This document shows, one piece after another, positions 1-8,984 of a stretch of 64,000 nucleotides of DNA. The stretch comes from Dehalococcoidia bacterium (lineage in GTDB: Bacteria; Chloroflexota; Dehalococcoidia; Bin125). The stretch's first letter is position 1. Each line of letters starts with the position of its first letter. The notes beneath the pieces were generated by a model that saw nothing but the letters and a program-made list of their open reading frames with translations, was not told the origin of the DNA and searched no databases. Location of the stretch: assembly GCA_965208665.1 (NCBI GenBank), contig CBDBPH010000001.1, positions 16,408-80,407 on the forward strand. Reading direction: 5' to 3'. The position numbers and the translations under genes are program-made.

Positions 1-837
1 CATCGATTCGTCGACCGAGCTGCCGCCGCCTGCGACCACGCCGTCGACGGGAATCTGCTCGCCGGGCCGCACCCGCAGGCTGTCGCCGGAGCGGACATTC
101 GAGGCGGGAACGTCGCGCTCGACGCCGTTCTCCACGACGCGAGCCGTCTGCGGAACAAGCTCCAGCAGCCGTGTCAGAGCCGTCGCCGCCCGCAGCCGAA
201 CTCGGGCCTCCAGAGCCCGCCCGAGGCTGACAAAGCCAACGATGATCAGCGCGGTGTCGAAGAACACATCGCGTGAGGCGTCCGCACCTTCCAGAGCGCC
301 CGGGGCCAGTGCCGAAACGGTGCTGTAGCCCCATGCGGCGGCCACACCCAGGACGATCAAGGTGTCCATGTCCGTGGACCGGCGGGAAGCCGCGAGCGCC
401 GCCCGCCGAACCATCGGCCACACTCCCCAGGCCAATGCGGGCGTTGCGATGACGAAGAAGATTGGGAAGATGAGGTCTGGATTCCAACCGAACTCAGCCC
501 AGCGATTCGCCTGCATCGAGACGAAAATGCCCCAGCCGAGGACCAGGGCCGGCAGCGCTCGGCTGAGCTGCGGAGTGATGTCCACAGAGTCGGCGGTGGC
601 CCCCTCAGCCTGCTCGTCGACCAGCTCGTATCCCGCGCCGCTGATAGCGGCCGTCACGCCGGGCTCGTCCAACGCGCCCTCGACCTCGATGATTGCGCGT
701 CCGGAAATGAAGTCTGCGGATGCCTCCGAGACGCCGTCAACCTTGACCAGCGCGCGCTCCACACGGCGCACGCAGGCCGCGCAATGCATGCCTTCGATTC
801 GCAACGTCTGGGTCCGAGGCTCCGCCGCCGTGGTCAT
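1..837 (-). CDS. copA: Heavy-metal (Cu+-type) P1B ATPase, N-terminal part; runs off the window edge
   Basis: Manual translation from ATG 837: MTTAAEPRTQTLRIEGMHCAAC (HMA domain), MDTLIVLGV, FFDTALIIVGFVSLGRALE, LRVRPGEQIPVDGVV, VDESM (actuator domain). Absent from the ORF track because there is no stop in the window. Confidence 0.88.
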   Translation of the reverse strand, partial: MTTAAEPRTQTLRIEGMHCAACVRRVERALVKVDGVSEASADFISGRAIIEVEGALDEPGVTAAISGAGYELVDEQAEGATADSVDITPQLSRALPALVLGWGIFVSMQANRWAEFGWNPDLIFPIFFVIATPALAWGVWPMVRRAALAASRRSTDMDTLIVLGVAAAWGYSTVSALAPGALEGADASRDVFFDTALIIVGFVSLGRALEARVRLRAATALTRLLELVPQTARVVENGVERDVPASNVRSGDSLRVRPGEQIPVDGVVAGGGSSVDESM

Positions 838-880
838 GATCCTCAGCATATGTGTCGTGGGTTGGCGATAGTCTGGATCC

Positions 881-2104
881 ATGCCACGCGTCATGTTGCT
901 GATCCCGACCGCTTCATACCGTGCCCCGGACTTTATGTCGGCTGCCGACAAGCTGGGTCTTGATGTGGTGGTCGCTTCGGACATCGACCAGCCGTTGGCC
1001 GACATGTATCCGGGGCGCTGGCTGACGCTGCCGTATCACGACATCGAGCGAGGAGCGCAGGCTGTCGCGCGCTATGCGGACCGCTTCCCGCTCGATGCAG
1101 TGGTGGCTGTCGACGATCCCGGCACGATCCTGGCGGCCCATGCCAGCTCCGAGCTCCAGCTCTCCGGAAACAGTCCGGAATCGGTCCTTGGCACGCGGGA
1201 CAAGTCCGAGCTACGGCGAGCGCTGGATGCAAACGGCGTTCGATCGCCCAGATGGCAGGTCTGTCGATTTGCCGACGCGCCGCCTACTGATTCGCTGCAG
1301 TTCCCCGTCGTCGTCAAGCCGCTTGGTCTCAACGGCTCGCGGGGAGTGATGCGCGCAAATGACGAAGCTTCGTTCCGCAATGCGGTCGCCCGCTTGCAGC
1401 GCCTGCTTGGAACCAGGTCCGCGGCCGAGGAGTGTGGAGAACTCGCCGACCGCTACCTCGTCGAGGGATTCATCCCCGGAGTCGAGGTTGCAGTCGAAGG
1501 CCTATTGACGGATGGCGAGTTGCACACGCTGGCCGTGTTCGACAAACCAGACCCGCTCGATGGACCGTTCTTCGAAGAGACCATCTATGTCACGCCGTCC
1601 CGGTTACCGGACGAGCAGATTCAGGAGGTCGTCGAGACCGCGCGGCGTTCGGCAGAGGCGCTCGGACTGCACGATGGACCGTTACACGCAGAACTCCGGC
1701 TCAACGAGGATGGCGCCTGGCCAGTTGACGTAGCGGCCCGCACGATTGGCGGGCTATGCGCCCGGACCCTGCGCTTCGGGGCTGGGATGTCGCTCGAAGA
1801 AATCGTCCTGCGACACGCGATCAATGCGCCATTGGAGACGCTCAATCGCGAGGCGCGCGCCGCCGGCGTGATGATGATGCCCATCGTCGGTCGTGGCAGA
1901 ATCAAGGCGATTCTCGGCCTGGACGAGGCCGCCGCCGTGCCGCTGGTCGAAGAGATCGAGATGGAGGCGAGGGTCGGCAACATGCTGATCCCGCTGCCCG
2001 AGGGCGCAGACTATCCCGGCTTCATATTCGCCAGGGGCGAAGACCCAGCCGAAGTAGAGTCGGCGCTGCGGCAGGCCTGGTCGAAGATCGAGTTCGTCCT
2101 GTAG
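881..2104 (+). CDS. ATP-grasp domain protein (amino-acid-ligase-like)
   Basis: RDKSELRRAL, FPVVVKPLGLNGSRGV, LVEGFIPGVEVAVEG, HAELRL...DVAARTIGG ATP-grasp motifs. Confidence 0.85.
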   Translation: MPRVMLLIPTASYRAPDFMSAADKLGLDVVVASDIDQPLADMYPGRWLTLPYHDIERGAQAVARYADRFPLDAVVAVDDPGTILAAHASSELQLSGNSPESVLGTRDKSELRRALDANGVRSPRWQVCRFADAPPTDSLQFPVVVKPLGLNGSRGVMRANDEASFRNAVARLQRLLGTRSAAEECGELADRYLVEGFIPGVEVAVEGLLTDGELHTLAVFDKPDPLDGPFFEETIYVTPSRLPDEQIQEVVETARRSAEALGLHDGPLHAELRLNEDGAWPVDVAARTIGGLCARTLRFGAGMSLEEIVLRHAINAPLETLNREARAAGVMMMPIVGRGRIKAILGLDEAAAVPLVEEIEMEARVGNMLIPLPEGADYPGFIFARGEDPAEVESALRQAWSKIEFVL

Positions 2105-2109
2105 TCGAC

Positions 2110-3486
2110 TCAGGCCTCCTCCTGGCCCTCGCGCTGCGGCGCCGGTCGTGTGACCAGCGGGCTCACCGCCCGACCGAGGACCGCCTTCGGCGGCTTGGCA
2201 AAGTACACAGGGATGATCGCGGCGAAGGTGAGAATCGCGACGAGGGTCAGAGGAGCCTCATACGAGCCGGTCACATCTTCAAGTGCTCCAATCATCAATG
2301 GGCCGAAGCCGCTGGATATCTGCGTTGCCATCGCGATCAGGCCGTAGATCGCTCCAAAGCTGACGTAGCCGAACACATCTGACGTGAGTAGCGACTGCAG
2401 CATGTACACATTGCCGATGGTGAAACCAAAGATCAGGATGGCCACGTAGGTCACCGCGATGTGATCAACCTGGATGACGACCAGAGCTGCCGCGCCCTGA
2501 ACCAGGAACATGATCACCGTGAGGATGCGCAGGTCGACGCGATCGGCGAAGTAGCGCCCAACGACCAGCCGCGCCACGATGCTGCCGAACGCGATGATCG
2601 AGAGACTGGTTGTCGCCGCAGTGAGAGAGCCGACCCGCTCCTGCACGAACGCGGTCTGGTGCAAAATGAAGCCGGTCTGGGCCAGCAGCACGATCACGAA
2701 GCTGATCATGATCGACCAGAAAGACAGCGTCCGCGTCGCGCCGCGGATGCTCCAGCGCCGAGTCTGGTTGGCAACTGATCGAGCCACGCTCGCGCGTTGA
2801 GGAGTGACCGGCTCCAACCCATCCTGCGGCAGACCCATCTGACGAGGATCCCAGACCAGGACGAAAGCCACGATCGGAAGTCCCACCAGCAAGATCAGGC
2901 CGGCCATCGCAGGGGTAGCGACACCGAGTCCGAACTGTTCGATCAGCACGCCGTTGACCGGAGACAGGACCACCCCACCCAGCGACACACCGGTGGACGA
3001 AACAGCCATCGCCCAGGCCCGTCGATGAACAAACCAGCGCGCGAGGGTCGCATTGACTGCAACGCCGGCGCTCATGCCCGAGCCGAGGGCCATGACGATG
3101 TAGGCGAGATAGAGCTGCCACAGCTCCGTGACGTGCCCGATTGCCGCGGCCGCCGCGATCAGCAGAATCAGGCCGGGCGACATCCACTTGCGTGCGCCAT
3201 GCCGATCGATCAACGGACCGACCAGCGCGGAAGTGACCCCCGAGAACACGAAGTACATACCGGTCGCGAGCGACACATCGCTGTTCGACCAGTCGTGCAG
3301 CTCCCTCAGCGGCCCCAGGTAGACCGCAATGCCGTAGTAGCCCACGCCGACCGAGACGAACAACAGCCCGGCGCAAGCGAAGACGATCGCCCAGCCGTAG
3401 TAGACGTTGGCCGGCAACAGACGCGCGGCCAGCGGCCGGTGGGGCGGCAAGTCGAAGGAGTCACGGGAACTCGTCTGACCGGACAA
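2110..3486 (-). CDS. MFS transporter (OFA/MCT-like)
   Basis: About 12 hydrophobic segments, YYGW N-terminal motif, GPLIDRHGAR motif A, ARWFVHRR. Confidence 0.88.
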   Translation of the reverse strand: MSGQTSSRDSFDLPPHRPLAARLLPANVYYGWAIVFACAGLLFVSVGVGYYGIAVYLGPLRELHDWSNSDVSLATGMYFVFSGVTSALVGPLIDRHGARKWMSPGLILLIAAAAAIGHVTELWQLYLAYIVMALGSGMSAGVAVNATLARWFVHRRAWAMAVSSTGVSLGGVVLSPVNGVLIEQFGLGVATPAMAGLILLVGLPIVAFVLVWDPRQMGLPQDGLEPVTPQRASVARSVANQTRRWSIRGATRTLSFWSIMISFVIVLLAQTGFILHQTAFVQERVGSLTAATTSLSIIAFGSIVARLVVGRYFADRVDLRILTVIMFLVQGAAALVVIQVDHIAVTYVAILIFGFTIGNVYMLQSLLTSDVFGYVSFGAIYGLIAMATQISSGFGPLMIGALEDVTGSYEAPLTLVAILTFAAIIPVYFAKPPKAVLGRAVSPLVTRPAPQREGQEEA

Positions 3487-3588
3487 AGCCGATTCAGCAT
3501 ATGACCGATGCCGCGCCGTCCTGCATCGTGTAGCTGACTAGACTGCCAGCCAGTCAGGGTTCCAGCACATGATTTGAGGGAGTTGGAC

Positions 3589-4716
3589 ATGGCCGAACGA
3601 CGCACGGGATGGGTCTACCACGAGTCCTACATGTGGCACGACACGGGTCGGACGCGGGCCTTCGATCCCGAACTGAGACGTTGGATGCAGGCCTGGGAAC
3701 ACTGGGAGAATCCCGACACGAAGCGCCGATTCAACAACCTGCTGGAGGTCTCCGAATTCTCCGAGGAGTTGGTGCCGCTTAAGCCGCGCCCAGCGAATCT
3801 CGAGCAGGTGCTCCGCTTTCACACGCCCGAGTACGTCGATCGAGTCCGCGATTTATCCGCAGGCGATGGCGGCGACGCGGGAGAGGGCGCGCCATTCTCC
3901 CACGGCGGCTACGAGATCGCATTGCTCGCCGCGGGCGGCACGATCACAGCCGTAGACGCCGTGCTCGACGGTGATGTCGACAACGCCTACGCGCTCGTGC
4001 GTCCGCCCGGACACCACGCCGAGCGCGATCGCGGCCGAGGCTTCTGCGTCTTCGGCAACGTCGCGATCGCGGGAATGCACGCCCTGGCGGAGCGCGGGAT
4101 CGACCGGGTGGCGACGCTCGACTGGGATGTCCACCACGGCAACGGCACGCAACAGGCCTTCTACGACCGCAACGACGTGCTGACCATGTCGATCCACCAG
4201 GACCAGTGGTATCCCCGAAACAGCGGCGCCATGGACGAACAAGGCGACGGTGACGGAGACGGCTACAACATCAACATCCCGTTGCCGCCGGGCAGCGGTC
4301 ATGGAGCCTATGTCGAGACGATCCAACAGGTCGTCGTGCCGGCGCTGCAGGCCTTCCAGCCTGACCTGATCCTTGTTCCGTCTGGATTCGACGGCGGTAT
4401 GTACGATCCGCTGGGTCGGATGATGGCGTACTCGGAAACCTTCCGCGAGATGACGCGATTGCTGCTGGAAGCGGCGGACGATCTCTGCGGCGGTCGACTC
4501 GTACTGAGTCACGAAGGCGGCTACAGCCCGACCTACGTCCCCTTCTGCGGCCTCGCCGTCATGGAGGAACTCAGCGGCAAGCGGTCGATCGCGGGAGACC
4601 CGTTCGAGGACAACTCGGCTACCGCCGGAGGTCAGGATCTACAGCCACACCAACAGTTGGTGCTAAACGACGCAACGTTGCTGGTCGATCGGTTGAAGCA
4701 GCTCGAGGGCGTTTAG
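3589..4716 (+). CDS. Class II histone-deacetylase-family Zn amidohydrolase
   Basis: RPPGHHA, GFC, DWDVHHGNGTQ, NIPLPPG, SGFD and EGGY motifs; ATG 3589 follows GAGGGAG. Confidence 0.92.
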   Translation: MAERRTGWVYHESYMWHDTGRTRAFDPELRRWMQAWEHWENPDTKRRFNNLLEVSEFSEELVPLKPRPANLEQVLRFHTPEYVDRVRDLSAGDGGDAGEGAPFSHGGYEIALLAAGGTITAVDAVLDGDVDNAYALVRPPGHHAERDRGRGFCVFGNVAIAGMHALAERGIDRVATLDWDVHHGNGTQQAFYDRNDVLTMSIHQDQWYPRNSGAMDEQGDGDGDGYNINIPLPPGSGHGAYVETIQQVVVPALQAFQPDLILVPSGFDGGMYDPLGRMMAYSETFREMTRLLLEAADDLCGGRLVLSHEGGYSPTYVPFCGLAVMEELSGKRSIAGDPFEDNSATAGGQDLQPHQQLVLNDATLLVDRLKQLEGV

Positions 4717-4779
4717 CCAGAACGTTCCGCCACTTCGCGTCCTCCTCTTCTCCGAGCAGGTGGGAGCGATGGAGGGTCG

Positions 4780-6159
4780 CTAGAGCTCGGTCACACCGAT
4801 TGAACTGACCGATTGATCGGTGCCGAAGGGAGCCAACTGGTCCCCTGTCGGCTCCGCTCAACAGAACCAGTCTTCGGTCAGGCCCGGCCGATGGACATGC
4901 GGCGCCGCCACATCAGGCCAGGGTTCCGCTTCGAGCCATCGGCAAGCTGCAGCCTTGATCTGCGAGAGCGATGCCTGGCGCTCCGCCAGGCCCGCGATCT
5001 CGGCCTGCAGATCGTCCATCCGAGCGTCTTCGTGCTGCCAGTTCCAGGTGAGGCCGTCGCTGTCGTACGCCACCAGCGAACCCAGCTCGCGCATCGGATG
5101 GACCAACGGAGAGTCAGAAGGAACGAGCAGACGCAGCCCCAGTTGCACCGGCGGCGTCACGTCCACAAGCTTCCGAGTCTCTACGAACCGAACGAGATCA
5201 AGGAAGTGTGCCGGCGAGGTCCAGGGAGTGAACGGGAGCCACGTGGGCCTGAGGGCGACTCCTGACCGTTCGGTGAGTTGCAGCACGAGATCGAGGTCGT
5301 CGGCGGTATGGCCCTTGTCCAGAATCTCGAGCAGGCGGTCATCCACCGACTCAAACGCCGAGGTGATGAACGTGACCCCGAGTTCGGCCATCTCGGGCAA
5401 CAGTTCCTGATGCTCGATTAGGTGCTCAACCTTGATTGTGGCGTCAAAGGTGATTCCCGGATGCTGACCCGACGTCTCGCGCAGCAGATGCATCGCCAGA
5501 TCAGGGGCATTGAGGAAGTCGGGGTCACCAAAGGTGACGTGTTCCGCTCCGGCCGCGACTTGCTGATCGATGTCGGCAAGCACGGTCTCTGCCCCGTTGA
5601 GCCGCAGTCGTCCCGCGTAGATCGGCGTTAGCGGGCAATGCGTACACCGATGCGCACAGCCGCGCGTCGCCTCGACATAGCCGGCGAGGTGAGAGTTGCC
5701 ATCAGCATCCCGATAGCGCGCGTACTGTTGGAGTGGCGGCAACACCGAACGAATAGGGACAGGACGCGATTCACGGTCGAACAACGGCACGTTTGATATG
5801 TCGTCACCGCCAGCAAGCTTGACGAGCTGCAGATCGGTGTCGCCGCTGATCGCTCGGCCCAAACCGAGATCGTGGAGTGAGTTGGCCGCGAGACCGTAGA
5901 AGACGATCTTGTCGGACATCTCCCGTAGCTGCCCGGCAATGCGAATGCCAAGTCGGGCGGCCGTGTGCATCGGCGTCGAGATGCCGATCAGGTCCGCTTC
6001 AGCAGCAGCGGCAAGCAGTCGATCAGAACTCACCGATTCCACGGCAAGGTCGAACGCGGAAACCTCGTGTCCCGCTGCGATCAACGCCGCGGCCGGCGCG
6101 GCAATGCCGAGCGGCTGGTGGCCTTGCTCGTACGTGGAGATCAGGAGGACGCGCGCCAT
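4780..6159 (-). CDS. CUAEP/CCAEP-tail B12-binding radical SAM selenoprotein; in-frame TGA at 4858-4860 read as Sec
   Basis: N-terminal cobalamin-binding-like domain (LLISTYEQGHQPLG), radical SAM motif RGCAHRCTHC, and a tail TEDWFC-TGA-AEPTGDQLAPFGTDQSVSSIGVTEL-TAG followed by a hairpin after the UGA. Confidence 0.88.
4829..4855 (-). promoter_or_regulatory. Putative bacterial SECIS hairpin
   Basis: mRNA UGA-GC-GGAGCCGAC-AGGGGACCA-GUUGGCUCC: a 9-bp stem (one G-U pair) with a G-rich apex, starting 3 nt after the UGA. Confidence 0.7.
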
Positions 6160-6187
6160 CGGACGCCTGTCCGGCTAATGATCAGGG

Positions 6188-6796
6188 TTACTTCTTCGAC
6201 GGCTGGTAGTACGGATTCTCCCCGGACTGATGATCGGTGATGTCGATCAATTCGTCGATCTCCGGGAGCTGTTCCTTGACCGCAACCTCAATGCCCTGCT
6301 TGAGCGTCACGTTGGCCATGCCACAGCCCTGGCAGCCGCCGCCCATCTCGATGTAGGCCTTACTGCCCTGGACATCGAGGAGCTGGACAAACCCGCCGTG
6401 TGCGGCAATCTGCGGATTGACCTGTTCGTCGAAGATCTTCTGGATCGCGAAGGCCAACGGATCCCGCCACACCGGATTGGGATTGTTGAACTCAAGCCCC
6501 GAGACATTCGGTCCCTTGAACTCGTAGTGGACGGACGTGCCGCGCAAGTCCTCGAGCCGCTCGCCTTCGACGTAGAGGACGAAATCCGGGTACTCGGCAG
6601 TGGCATCTCCATCCGGTTCGTATCCCTTTTCGACGATCGTCAGCACGTGCTCGAAACCGTCGGACGTGCGTCCGGTGATCTTGAGCCGCAGTCCGGCCAC
6701 TTCCTCCGGATAACCGGTCAAGACCTCAACCAGTTTCGACCGGGCAATCTCGGAAAAGGTGATCCCCAAATCGCCCGTCGGTGCGTCGGTCGTCAT
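6188..6796 (-). CDS. nfuA: Fe-S biogenesis protein NfuA (degenerate A-type domain plus Nfu domain)
   Basis: Cys-less HesB-like N-terminus ending in FNNPN; VNPQIAAHGG...MGGGCQGCGMANVTLKQGIE...DITDHQSGENPYY. Start taken at ATG 6796 (the track start is 6829). Confidence 0.88.
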   Translation of the reverse strand: MTTDAPTGDLGITFSEIARSKLVEVLTGYPEEVAGLRLKITGRTSDGFEHVLTIVEKGYEPDGDATAEYPDFVLYVEGERLEDLRGTSVHYEFKGPNVSGLEFNNPNPVWRDPLAFAIQKIFDEQVNPQIAAHGGFVQLLDVQGSKAYIEMGGGCQGCGMANVTLKQGIEVAVKEQLPEIDELIDITDHQSGENPYYQPSKK

Positions 6797-6855
6797 CGGA
6801 TTCCCCCGTCCGGTTTCGTTTCCTAGCATAGCGTTCGGCCAACGTTGGATCGTGA

Positions 6856-8601
6856 ATGGAGCACGACATGACAGTCGAACGAGTAGTCGTCGAGAAGAAC
6901 ATCGAGATCCCGATGCGGGACGGCGTCATCCTGCGCGCCGACCTGTACCGACCGGAGGATGCCGACCAGCCCGGCAATGCCGTGCCGGGCATCGTGACCC
7001 GAACGCCGTACGACAAGGAGCAATCCGGCGCCGGACTGGTTGCCGTGATGCCCAGCGCGCTCAAGCTGGCAGAGCGCGGCTATGCGGTCGTGGTCTGCGA
7101 CTGCCGCGGTCGATACGCCTCCGAAGGCGACTTCAAGCCTTTCCACCAGGAAGGCGCGGACGGCTATGACACGATCGAATGGATCGCTGCACAGCCCTGG
7201 TGCGATGGCAACACCGCGATCTACGGCCCCTCCTACGTCGGGGCGACGACCATGCTGGCCGCCCGCGAGCAGCCGCCCTCACTTCGCTGCGCCATCCCGA
7301 TTATCACCGCCGACGACTACTACGACGGCTGGACCTATCAGGGCGGCGCCTTCCAGCTTGGCTTCATCGGCCTCTGGGGCAGCGGTGTGGCCGCGACGGG
7401 ATATCTCCAACAGAATCACACGCGGCCGATGGACGCGGCCGATGAGATGACCGAGGCCGTAATGGGCAACGCGTTCCGCCTCTTGGGCAACCGACCACTG
7501 AGCACGATGCCCGGCATCTCGCAGGAGGGAGTGGCCAACTACTGGCACGAGTGGATCGAGCATGAGACGCGGGATGACTACTGGGAATCCGTCAGGCACT
7601 CAGCCGACTATTCGCGCTTCCAGGTGCCCATGCTGCATATCGGCGGTTGGTTCGACATATTCGGGATCGGCACGGTGCGCAACTTCCGCGGCATCCGCGA
7701 CGAGGGCAATCCCGATCAGAACCTGATCATGGGGCCCTGGGCGCACACCAACTATGACCGCTGGTTGGGCGAAATGGAGTTCGGCCCGACCGGCGCTGCG
7801 GCCGCAGCCAACGTAATCGCCGACATCAACGCCTTCCTCGATCGGCACCTCAAAGGCGGCGACCAGGAACTCCCTGACGTCCGCTGGTTCCTGATGGGCG
7901 CGAACGAGTGGCGCACGGATGAGTCGTGGCCTCCGACCAGCGCCGAGGAGCGATCGCTCTACCTGGCCTCCGACGGCGGCGCGACCATGCACTACGGCGA
8001 CGGCCGCCTGGTCGACGATCGCCCCGAGGACGACCACCGCTGGGACGAGTTCATGTACACCGGATACAAGCCGGTGATCACCGAAGGCGGCTCGACGTTG
8101 CAACAGGGAGTCGGTCTGCCCGGCCCGCGTGATCAGTCGCGGACCGAGAGCCGAGACGATGTGCTCTGCTACACCACCGAACCACTAACCGAAGCCCGAG
8201 ACGTCGCCGGGCCGGTCGAAGTTGACATCTGGTTCGCCAGCAGCCAGCCAGACACCGACATCACGGCCAAGCTCGTCGATGTGCATCCCGATGGCAAGCC
8301 GGTGTCGCTGGTCGACGGGATCATGCGAGCGCGATTCCGCGAGGGATTCGATCAAGAGGTCCTCATGACGCCCGGCGAGGTGGTCAAAGTGACCGTCGAC
8401 CTCGCTTCACTGGGTCACCGATTCGAGGTCGGCCACCGAATCCGGCTGGAAGTGTCGAGCAGCAACTACCCTCGATTCATGACCAACTCCAACGACGGCG
8501 GCTCGGTCAACTCGTCAACCGAGATGCAGCCGGCGATCAACTCCATTCGGCGCGGCGGAGAGTATCCGTCGGCCGTGCGTTTCTACCAACTGAAGGACTG
8601 A
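6856..8601 (+). CDS. CocE/NonD family serine hydrolase
   Basis: IPMRDGVILRADLYRP, RTPYDK, DCRGRYASEG, GPSYVG nucleophile elbow, GWFD, GPWAH. Confidence 0.92.
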   Translation: MEHDMTVERVVVEKNIEIPMRDGVILRADLYRPEDADQPGNAVPGIVTRTPYDKEQSGAGLVAVMPSALKLAERGYAVVVCDCRGRYASEGDFKPFHQEGADGYDTIEWIAAQPWCDGNTAIYGPSYVGATTMLAAREQPPSLRCAIPIITADDYYDGWTYQGGAFQLGFIGLWGSGVAATGYLQQNHTRPMDAADEMTEAVMGNAFRLLGNRPLSTMPGISQEGVANYWHEWIEHETRDDYWESVRHSADYSRFQVPMLHIGGWFDIFGIGTVRNFRGIRDEGNPDQNLIMGPWAHTNYDRWLGEMEFGPTGAAAAANVIADINAFLDRHLKGGDQELPDVRWFLMGANEWRTDESWPPTSAEERSLYLASDGGATMHYGDGRLVDDRPEDDHRWDEFMYTGYKPVITEGGSTLQQGVGLPGPRDQSRTESRDDVLCYTTEPLTEARDVAGPVEVDIWFASSQPDTDITAKLVDVHPDGKPVSLVDGIMRARFREGFDQEVLMTPGEVVKVTVDLASLGHRFEVGHRIRLEVSSSNYPRFMTNSNDGGSVNSSTEMQPAINSIRRGGEYPSAVRFYQLKD

Positions 8602-8613
8602 GAGGAACGACCG

Positions 8614-8940
8614 ATGATCTACGAACTTCGCATCTACACGGCGCATCCGGGCAAGATGGGCCACTTGATGAAGCGCTTCCGTGACCACACGATGGAGCTG
8701 TTCGAGCGCCACGGTATCCACAACGTGGGCTACTGGACCAACTCGGTCGGCGGCCGATCCGACGAGCTCTGGTACATCGTTAGCTTCGAGAGCGCCGGCC
8801 AGAGGGACGAAGCGTGGAAGAACTTCGGCGCCGACCCAGAATGGCAAGCCGCGCGAGCCGCCTCAGAGGAGAACGGCCCCCTGGTCCACCACATCGAGAA
8901 CCGGATCCTCCAGCCAACCGAGTGGTCGCCGATGCCCTAG
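8614..8940 (+). CDS. NIPSNAP family protein
   Basis: IYELRIYTAHPGK...HGIHNVGYW...W..F.ADPEW...ILQPTEWSP. Confidence 0.9.
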   Translation: MIYELRIYTAHPGKMGHLMKRFRDHTMELFERHGIHNVGYWTNSVGGRSDELWYIVSFESAGQRDEAWKNFGADPEWQAARAASEENGPLVHHIENRILQPTEWSPMP

Positions 8941-8984
8941 CCGCCGTACAGTAACCGCCCTTCAACCAAGGAGAGCACCTAGCA

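Noticed and set aside
362-871. 169-aa plus-strand ORF
   Set aside because: It is the antisense shadow of the P-type ATPase, whose motifs are clear on the minus strand.
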